A stretch of 17,914 bases of DNA from Octopus sinensis (lineage: Eukaryota): positions 1 through 17,914 of the forward strand of contig NW_021824732.1 of NCBI RefSeq assembly GCF_006345805.1, read 5' to 3'. This document shows, piece after piece, positions 9,782-17,914 of this stretch. A program made the translations under genes and the position numbers. Under the pieces are notes generated by a model. The model saw only the letters and a list, made by a program, of their open reading frames with translations, had not been told where the DNA came from and ran no database searches. Position 1 is the first letter of the stretch, and each line of letters opens with the position of its first letter.

Positions 9782-10328
9782 TGAGAGAGCAGTGCATGCC
9801 ATCAAAGTGACACTGGGGTAAAATATACGAAGCACAGTATACTCATCATGACTACCCGTCTGATAAGGGTACTCTAGGCACATGCATCACAACTATATGT
9901 GCGCGACATGGTGATCTCATATCAAGATGAACAGCACATGACCTTGCAGGTGAGGCCCAGTTAGAACTTTCTTCTGATCGAGTAACCCATCTCGCTCAAA
10001 AGGTCCCTGAATAAGGATTGTTTAAGGATGTTGAAAGAACCACCCATGTTTCCAAAGGTGAATTATCCAAACCCCAAAGAATCCCTCTCAACACATGGCT
10101 ATGATGCTCCCCCACTACTTCTGCTCGTGATCAGAGATGCACATATGTCGCCACTAAGGGACATGCTCAACTGGTTAAGGTCAAACAACTGACAAGCAAA
10201 TCTGTGGTATTGAGCAGAATATTGCTGTAGCCCATCTTTTATACCAGACAAAACAATGTACATGATAACACTTTCCAATCAAGATCAGAAGCCATGAGAG
10301 CCACTGCCTGGTACTACATCAGGCATTT
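9782..10328. mobile_element. ~545-bp interspersed repeat, copy 1, embedded in (ATT)n; class unknown
   Basis: Collinear end to end with 10423-10968 (tgagagagc.gtgcatgccatcaaagtgacactgggg ... gccactgcctggtact.catcag(g)gcattt). No TIRs or conserved ORF seen. Confidence 0.8.
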
Positions 10329-10386
10329 TATTATTATCATTATTATTATTATTATTTTATTATATATTATTATTTTATTATTATTA

Positions 10387-10419
<33 letters not shown>

Positions 10420-10422
10420 GAG

Positions 10423-10968
10423 TGAGAGAGCCGTGCATGCCATCAAAGTGACACTGGGGTAAAATATACGAAGCCCAATATACCCATCATGACTACCCGT
10501 CTGATAAGGTACACCAGGCACATGCATCACAACCATATGTGCGCGACATGGTGATCTCATATCACGATAAACAGCACATGACCTTGCAGTGGGACCCAGT
10601 TAGAATTTTCTTCAGGTTGAGTAGCCCATCCCGCCTCAAAAGGTCCCTGAATAAGGGTTGTTTAAGGATGTTGAAAGAACCACCCCATGTTTCCAGAGGT
10701 GAATTATTCAAACCCCAAAGAATCCCTCTCCACATGGCTATGATGCTCCCCACTACTTCTGCTCGTGATCAGAGATGCACATATCGCCAGCCACTAAGGA
10801 CATGCTCAACTGGTTAAGGTCAAAACTGACAAGCAAATCTGTGGTATTGAGCAGAATATTGCTGTAGCCCTCTTTTATACCAAGACAAAACAATGTACAT
10901 GATGACACTTCCATCAGTTAAGATCAGAAGCCATGAGAGCCACTGCCTGGTACTGCATCAGGGCATTT
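10423..10968. mobile_element. ~545-bp interspersed repeat, copy 2
   Basis: Direct copy of 9782-10328 with scattered substitutions and small indels, roughly 90% identical by eye. Confidence 0.8.
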
Positions 10969-11405
10969 ATTATTATTATATTATCATTATTATTATTATT
11001 ATTATTATTATTTTTATTATATTTTATTATATTATTACTATCATTGTTTTCTGTTGTGTTTGTTTATTCGTGGATAGATTCAGATGAAACTTTCAGGAAT
11101 GTTTGGCCTCGTGACTTGCACGAACTGACTAGATTTGGGGATCGATCCGGTACCGGACAAGGATTCTGGATTCTTCTTCTTTTTTTTTACTTAATTTTTG
11201 AGAGCGGTCGGGTTCATTTTTAGTATTCTTGTTTGTGAGAGCAGTCGAGTTTATTTCAGATACTCTCATTTTAAAAATCATCTCTGGCTAATCGTTGAAA
11301 GGACGTTGGTGTTGCCTTTGTGAAGGTTTGCGCTCTCTGACTGCTGTGACCATTATAACCTTCGAACAGGGAAGGTCGGCAGTTTCACCTTGCTGGTTTG
11401 ACATT

Positions 11406-11446
11406 CAACAGACTAGTTTCGGGGTAGTTGCCCCTTATCAATGTGG
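11406..11446 (-). ncRNA. Minimal type I hammerhead with U3-A8 covariant core
   Basis: Minus strand: CCACA-UUGAUAA-GGGG-CAACUA-CCCC-GAAA-CUAGUC/UGUUG. Palindromic stem III ACUAGU; GUC cleavage predicted between 11411 and 11410; stem I has one C-U mismatch. Confidence 0.7.
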
Positions 11447-11713
11447 AGTAGCTTATCAATGTGTCACATAGCTTGCTAGAGGCGATGGCGTCTTGGAGCT
11501 AATCAACGGCAGCATTCGTCCTATTTTCCTAGACTGCCATGTTAGCTTGGCGATAATTATTAATATCCAGTACCGCTGTCTTAGTCTCTTTTAGAGAGAT
11601 TTAGAAATGCTAATATTTCTATTTTAGAAAACCAATGGGTGTATTCCACTGAATTTAGGTAAATAATCCTTCGAACAGACGGTCAGCAGCGACACCTGTT
11701 GGGTTCGGCTACT

Positions 11714-11754
11714 CCACATTCATAAGGGGCAACTACTCCGAAACTAGTCTGTGG
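11714..11754 (+). ncRNA. Inverted copy of the same hammerhead with G5C in the core (probably inactive)
   Basis: CCACA-UUCAUAA-GGGG-CAACUA-CUCC-GAAA-CUAGUC/UGUGG; perfect 5-bp stem I. Confidence 0.55.
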
Positions 11755-12030
11755 TTTTCAAACCATGAAGGGGAAGCTGTTGACTTCTCCTGTTCGAAGG
11801 TTATAATGGACACAGGTTTGTGTGTCACATAGCTAGCTAGAGGCGATGGGCTCTTGGAGCTAATCAACGGTAGCATTCGTCCTATTTTCCTGGACGGCCA
11901 TATTAGCTTGGCGATAAGTATTAATATCCAGTACCGGTGACGTAGTCTCCTTTAGAGAGATTTAGAAATGTTAATATTTCTATTCATATATATATATATG
12001 GAGGGCTGTAGAGGAAATGAAATTGAAAAT

Positions 12031-13010
12031 GCGTGCTAACAATTCTGCCACCTCACCGCTTTTTTTATGATTAAAGTAATAATGATAATCCTTTGTCCTA
12101 TAGACAGAAGGTCTGAAATTTTGCAGGGAGGACGGAGTCTAGTTGATTACGTTGACCCCAGTGACTGAGTGGTACTTATTTTATCGACTCCAAAAGAACG
12201 AAGGGCAAAGTCGACGTCGGAGGCATTTGAACACAGCTTAAAGACAGATGAAATGCTGTCAAGCATTAGTCCGGCGTGCTGACGATTCTGGCAGCTCGCC
12301 GCCTGGTTTCGAATTTTGGCACAGAACCAGAACTTTTTGAGGCAAGGGGTAAGTCGATTACACCGACACCAGGACTTGACTAGCATTTATTTTATCGACA
12401 CCTCAAGGGATGAAAGGCAAAGTCAACCTCCGCGGAATTTGAACTCAGAACGTAAAGAACCGCTAAGCATTTTGTCCGACATGGTAACGATACTGCCAGC
12501 TCGCCGCCTTTTTATGATTAAATTAATGTTAATAATGATTTCAAACTTTGGCACAAGGTCAGCATTTTCGGAAGAAAGAGTATGTCGATTACATCGACCC
12601 CAGTATTCATCTGGTACTTATTTTATCGACCCCGAAAGGATGAAAGACAATGTCAACATCAGCGAAATTTGAACTCAGAACGTGACGACGGGCGAAATGC
12701 CATTAAAGCATTTTACCCGGTGTGCTAAAAACTCAGCCATCTCCCCGTCTTTTTATGATTAAAGTAAAAATAATCCTTTCTACTATTGTCACAAGGCCTG
12801 AAATTTATGAGGAGGGGACTAGTCGATTACATCGACCCCAGTGTTTCACTGGTTCTTAATTTATGGACCCCGAAAGTATGAAAGACAAAGTCGACTTCGG
12901 CGGGATTTGATCTCATAATATAATGACGGACGAAATGCCGGTAAACATTTTGCCCGGCGTGCTAACCACTCAGCCATCTCACCGCCTTTTCATGATTAAA
13001 GTAAAAGTAA
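12031..13010 (-). mobile_element. Head-to-tail cluster of diverged SINE family 2 copies (tRNA head plus Nin-like domain): one head remnant and four near-full copies
   Basis: Heads (plus strand ...gccagctcgccgcct or variants) end at 12060, 12304, 12509, 12750 and 12987. Each body has a variant of ggtacttattttatcgaccccgaaaggatgaaaggcaaagtcgacctcggcggaatttgaactc, the reverse complement of a B box followed by a Nin-like domain. Confidence 0.85.
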
Positions 13011-13538
13011 TAATAATGGTTATTACTTTCGATAACTATGAGTGATAACTTTGAATATGTTTCTACCCATATTTTATCCTCATCACCGAGACATAGACTT
13101 CACCGTACTTCGCCGAAATAGTGGTGAAAGATTAGCTAAATAAATGTAGAATATTGTACATTGGTGGGAATAGGAACACAGAATTGTTCAGAGAATAAAA
13201 ATTCGGAGATGCCATCATCATGAAAAACCAATAAAGTTTTGTTAACACGTTTAATGCAACGAGCATTAAAAAGCTAACTGGAAATACATATACTGCTTGC
13301 ATTAAATATGTTAACGCTGGCTGAGCACATATAATAGTTAGGAGGAAGTTAATAGATATTTGACGTCGAGAAAGGAATGGAGAATAGCAGGCGAGAAGGG
13401 AGAAGAAGACGAAGAGATTTACTCGGGGAAAAAAAGGGGGAGAAATAGCTTAAAAGAAACCGTGGGAGGTGGAGGTGAGAGACGAGAGAAGTAGGAGGTA
13501 GATTAAAACATGGAAACGGTAAAGCAATGAGACTGGCT

Positions 13539-13622
13539 ATTGTTGTTGTTGTTGTTGTTGTGGCTGTTGTTGTTGTTGCTGTTACTGTTGTTGTTGTTGC
13601 TGTTGCGGCTGTTGTTGTTGTT
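13539..13622. repeat. (GTT)n microsatellite with GCT variants
   Basis: Directly visible. Confidence 0.95.
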
Positions 13623-13644
13623 AATGATAATAAAAATATTATTA

Positions 13645-14157
13645 AAGCAGTGAGCGAGAAGAATTGTTAGCACAACGGGAAAAAAATGCTTAATTTCATT
13701 TCTTCAGCCATTACGTTTTAAGATCAAAAACCGACGACTTCGGCTTTGCTTTATATCCCTTAAGGTGTCGATAAAATAAATACCAGTTGAGTACTGAGGT
13801 CGATGTACTCGACCAGCCTCCCCCTACAATTGCCGGGCTTGTGTCAAAATTTGGAACTTTCGTTGAAAATGATGAAGGCGGCGAGCTGGCAGAACCATTA
13901 ACACGCCGGACAAATTGCTTAGCGGCATTACGGCCTTCTCTATGTTCTGCGTTCAAATTCTGCTGAGGTCAACATTGCCTTTCATCCTTCCGGAGACGAT
14001 AACTACTCCGGAAGGATGTTATCGACGTTTTCAGTTGAAATCCCACCGGAGCCAACTTTACATTTCGTTCTTTGGAGGTCGATAAAATAAAATACCAGTA
14101 AAAAAAACTTGAGCCAATGTTCTTGATTAACCCACTCTCCCAAATTTCAGGCATTGA
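13645..14157 (+). mobile_element. Three tandem diverged SINE family 2 copies on the plus strand
   Basis: Copy 1 ~13645-13860 (decayed head, gtcgataaaataaataccag, gaggtcgatgtactcgac). Copy 2 from ~13873 (aggcggcgagctggcagaacc...gcgttcaaattc...cctttcatcctt), broken by a fold-back. Copy 3 ~14025-14157, 5'-truncated. Confidence 0.8.
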
Positions 14158-14635
14158 TCTTATGTGAGAAGCAATTATTCATATCGCTTAAGATAATCTT
14201 GCGAATTAATCATGTTTCACATTTTGCGAGGTTAATTAAGCATTTTATTGTCGGGGCAAAATTCCTTGTGGCCCTTAAGCGTAATGTACGAAATAGACTC
14301 GCCTAGAGTGTGTTATCTACTTTTTTATTCGGTTCAAATTCGTGCCTAGACAGTCTCGCCTAGATAATCTTGCCAATTATCTAATTTGGTTCAAATTTCT
14401 GCCTCACTGTTTCCATTATTGTATGTTAACTGCAGTCATTTTGTAATTATAGAAAATATTATTAAATAATTGCTTATAGATGTTATCTTCCACTTCATAA
14501 ACGTTATTTGTTTTATCAGAGAACATAATAAAATTTTTCGTTTTTCTTTTTAATTGTGATTATTCTTTTTGTCATCGATAAGTTTGTTTTTGTAGGTATT
14601 AGTACAGTTACAGAAACATATATAAGAAACATATA

Positions 14636-16884
14636 TATTTCTTTACAACCCACAACATGCTAAACATAGAGGGGACAAACAAGGACAAACAAAGGGATTA
14701 AGTCGATTACATTAACCCCAGTGCGAAACTGGTACTTTATTTATCGACACCGAAAGGATGAAAGGCAAAGTCGACCTCGGCGGAATTTGAACTCAGAACG
14801 TAACGGCAGACGAAATACCTATTTCTTTACTACCCTCAATGGGCTAACACAGAGGGGACAAACAAGGACAGAACAAACGGATTAAGTCGATTGTATCGAC
14901 CCAGTGCGTAGCTGTACTTATTTAATCGACCCCGAAAGGATGAAAGGCAAAGTCGACCTCGGCGGAATTTGAACTCAGAACGTAACGGCAGACGAAATAC
15001 CTATTTCTTTTACTTACCCTCAATGGGCTAAACACAGAGGGGACAAACAAGGACAGACAAACGGATTAAGTCGATTGTATCGACCCCAGTGCGTAGCTGG
15101 TACTTATTTAATCGACCCCGAAAGGATGAAAGGCAAAGTCGACCTCGGCGGAATTGAACTCAGAACGTAACGGCAGACGAAATACCTATTTCTTTACTAC
15201 CCTCAATGGGCTAAACACAGAGGGGACAACAAGGAGACAAACGGATTAAGTCGATTGTATCGACCCCAGTGCGTAGCTGGTACTTATTTAATCGACCCCG
15301 AAAGGATGAAAGGCAAAGTCGACCTCGGCGGAATTTGAACTCAGAACGTAACGGCAGACGAAATACTATTTCTTTACTACCCTCAATGGGCTAAACACAG
15401 AGGGGACAAACAAGGACCACAAACGGATTAAGTCGATTGTATCGACCCCAGTGCGTAGCTGGTACTTATTTAATCGACCCCGAAAGGATGAAAGGCAAAG
15501 TCGACCTCGGCGGAATTTGAACTCAGAACGTAACGGCAGACGAAATACCTATTTCTTTACTACCCTCAATGGGCTAAACACAGAGGGGACAAACAAGGAC
15601 AGACAAACGGATTAAGTCGATTGTATCGACCCCAGTGCGTAGCTGGTACTTATTTAATCGACCCCGAAAGGATGAAAGGCAAAGTCGACCTCGGCGGAAT
15701 TTGAACTCAGAACGTAACGGCAGACGAAATACCTATTTCTTTACTACCCTCAATGGGCTAAACACAGAGGGGACAAACAAGGACAGACAAACGGATTAAG
15801 TCGATTGTATCGACCCCAGTGCGTAGCTGGTACTTATTTAATCGACCCCGAAAGGATGAAAGGCAAAGTCGACCTCGGCGGAATTTGAACTCAGAACGTA
15901 ACGGCAGACGAAATACCTATTTCTTTACTACCCTCAATGGGCTAAACACAGAGGGGACAAACAAGGACAGACAAACGGATTAAGTCGATTGTATCGACCC
16001 AGTGCGTAGCTGGTACTTATTTAATCGACCCCGAAAGGATGAAAGGCAAAGTCGACCTCGGCGGAATTTGAACTCAGACGTAACGGCAGACGAAATACCT
16101 ATTTCTTTACTACCCTCATGGGCTAAACACAGAGGGGACAAACAAGGACAGACAAACGGATTAAGTCGATTGTATCGACCCCAGTGCGTAGCTGGTACTT
16201 ATTTAATCGACCCCTAAAGGATGAAAGGCAAAGTCGACCTCGGCGGAATTTGAACTCAGAACGTAACGGCAGACGAAATACCTATTTCTTTACTACCCTC
16301 AATGGGCTAAACACAGAGGGGACAAACAAGGACAGACAAACGGATTAAGTCGATTGTATCGACCCCAGTGCGTAGCTGGTACTTATTTAATCGACCCCGA
16401 AAGGATGAAAGGCAAAGTCGACCTCGGCGGAATTTGAACTCAGAACGTAACGGCAGACGAAATACCTATTTCTTTACTACCCTCAATGGGCTAAACAGAG
16501 GGGACAAACAAGGACAGACAAACGGATTAGTCGATTGTATCGACCCCAGTGCGTAGCTGGTACTTATTTAATCGACCCCGAAAGGATGAAGGCAAAGTCG
16601 ACCTCGGCGGAATTTGAACTCAGAACGTAACGGCAGACGAAATACCTATTTCTTTACTACCCTCAATGGGCTAAACACAGAGGGGACAAACAAGGACAGA
16701 CAAACGGATTAAGTCGATTGTATCGACCCCAGTGCGTAGCTGGTACTTATTTAATCGACCCCGAAAGGATGAAAGGCAAAGTCGACCTCGGCGGAATTTA
16801 AACTCAGAACGTAACGGCAGACGAAATACCGCAAAGCATTTCGCCTTGCGTGCTAACGATTCTGCCAGCTCGCCGCCTCAAACG
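14636..16884 (-). mobile_element. SINE family 2 concatemer: one full-length SINE plus eleven 5'-truncated 184-bp units in a single 17-bp TSD
   Basis: Twelve units; the marker cgaaatacc occurs at 14811, 14993, 15178, 15359, 15541, 15725, 15909, 16091, 16274, 16458, 16638 and 16822. The tRNA head is at 16831-16884 only. tatataagaaacatata occurs at both 14619-14635 and 16885-16901. Confidence 0.93.
16796..16867 (-). promoter_or_regulatory. Internal Pol III promoter of the lead SINE copy: A box (16867-16857) and B box (16805-16796, mutated)
   Basis: Minus strand TGGCAGAATCG (A-box-like) and GAGTTTAAAT. The other eleven units have canonical GAGTTCAA at the B box. Confidence 0.6.
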
Positions 16885-17376
16885 TATATAAGAAACATAT
16901 AAAGTCCGATTCGAGGGGAGTCCGCTAAAGATTAACGCTTTGGACGTGAAAAGTGGCTGCATCCGCTCAAAATATTATTACCATCAACTGCAGAAAATGA
17001 TTTTACCTAAGGGTTTTGAAAAAAAAGCCTCTCCGTTTGCAGAGAGAAGCAGAGATACTCTCGGTGACACATTTAATAAAAGCAATTTCTTAATTATTTG
17101 GGGTTTTTTTCACATATTTCATTGAATGTCTCTTTCCAAAGCGAAAATCAAATGCTTCTACTGGTGAATAGGAAAACCGTATCTACAGGAATAACTGAAA
17201 AAGTATTACAGAAGCAAAAAATATCAATTGTCTTACTGGTGCATAATTAACATCATTATGGGAATGACTATGGAATTTAATTACGCAGTCAAATAATCAA
17301 GGCACTAGAAATTTTACAGTTCAACCGCACTCAATACTAAATTTTTGTTCGCGTAATTAGATTTGCAGTAGAAATA

Positions 17377-17898
17377 CCGTAAATCTTCGAGTATAATTCG
17401 CATTTTTTCCCCAAAATTTAACGGTCAAAATCCGTAATGCGTACTATATACGAGGTTAAAAATGAAAAATATTTTCTAAGCAATGTCCGAGCTTCTATTT
17501 GCTCTTCGGCAATGTTTATTCAGACGCATTTTGTTATGTCGGGCGCGAAAATACCTTAAGCTAAGCCTGAAAGCAATGAAGTCATAAAAGGATCATCCAT
17601 AACTTGCAGTAAGCAACATTTATTAAAATAAAAGTATTCAGAACACGGAATAACATGTAACAAAAACAATTTACAAACATATTTACATTCCCATATAACA
17701 GTTAAGAACATCACCATTATTGTATTACGCATGCGCGGAAGTGTTTGTTCGACTAGGTGCTGCTAGTTTAATTACACACGACTCAAGTTAGAAAAGGGGT
17801 GCGTATTATACACAAGGTTTAGGTTTTTCAGAGGTACAACCCCCTAAAAATCCCCTGCGTATTATACTCAAGGGTGGACTATACTCGAGGATTTACAG
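17377..17898. mobile_element. Non-autonomous pogo/Tc2-like (Tc1/mariner superfamily) DNA transposon, 522 bp
   Basis: 19-bp TIRs ccgtaaatcttcgagtata (17377-17395) and tatactcgaggatttacag (17880-17898), 2 mismatches. TA dinucleotides at 17375-17376 and 17899-17900. Subterminal tgcgta(c/t)tata repeats. Confidence 0.85.
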
Positions 17899-17914
17899 TA
17901 TGGATATGTATTTG

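Larger units (their letters stand above)
11345..11984. mobile_element. Fold-back composite repeat X-Y ... inverted X-Y carrying hammerheads; Penelope-like pseudo-LTR architecture
   Basis: X (11345-11452) is the reverse complement of 11708-11814. Y (11460-11623) is directly repeated at 11821-11984. A decayed partial X lies at ~11663-11706. The element ends in (TA)n at 11986-11999. Confidence 0.7.

Noticed and set aside
13136-13200. LNKCRILYIG peptide resembling the CR1/L2 RT C-terminal KCKVLHIG motif
   Set aside because: The match is too short and there is no flanking RT homology that I can see.
13250-13306. 10-bp inverted repeat tttaatgcaa/ttgcattaaa
   Set aside because: Short and AT-rich, with no TSD or second copy to support a MITE.
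16002-16556. Repeated short ORFs (MRSWYLFNRPRKDERQ...) in the array
   Set aside because: They are by-products of the SINE unit, and their lengths depend on single-base indels that look like sequencing error.
14636-16884. CRISPR array or a hammerhead/HDV-type retrozyme in the 184-bp repeat
   Set aside because: There are no unique spacers and the context is eukaryotic. Neither strand has a CUGANGA or UUGANAA core. A possible 7-bp GGUAUUU/AAGUACC helix lacks the HDV P3/L3/P1.1 elements.
16796-16884. A bona fide tRNA gene at SINE heads (also 4455-4520 and 13873-13965)
   Set aside because: A/B-box-like motifs are present, but I cannot fold a complete cloverleaf, and each head continues into a SINE body.

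Overview
AT-rich, microsatellite-dense eukaryotic non-coding DNA. I can support no intact protein-coding gene, and nearly all listed ORFs are translations of simple repeats. The repeat families look like those I recall from octopod (Octopus) genomes; this is recognition from memory and is not verified. Contents: a mariner transposase remnant, four copies of a tRNA-derived SINE with an internal (TA)n(TG)n tract, several clusters of a second tRNA-headed SINE with a Nin-like domain, two ~545-bp repeats embedded in (ATT)n, and a hAT-like and a pogo/Tc2-like MITE. Two things stand out. (1) A 2.25-kb SINE concatemer (14636-16884, minus strand): one full-length SINE followed by eleven 5'-truncated 184-bp copies, all inside a single exact 17-bp target-site duplication, with a hairpin-forming junction and no Pol III terminator. 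(2) Four type I hammerhead-ribozyme motifs of different sequence (two with intact or covariant cores, two decayed), all with self-complementary stem III. They sit in Penelope-like fold-back or (TA)n-anchored repeats.
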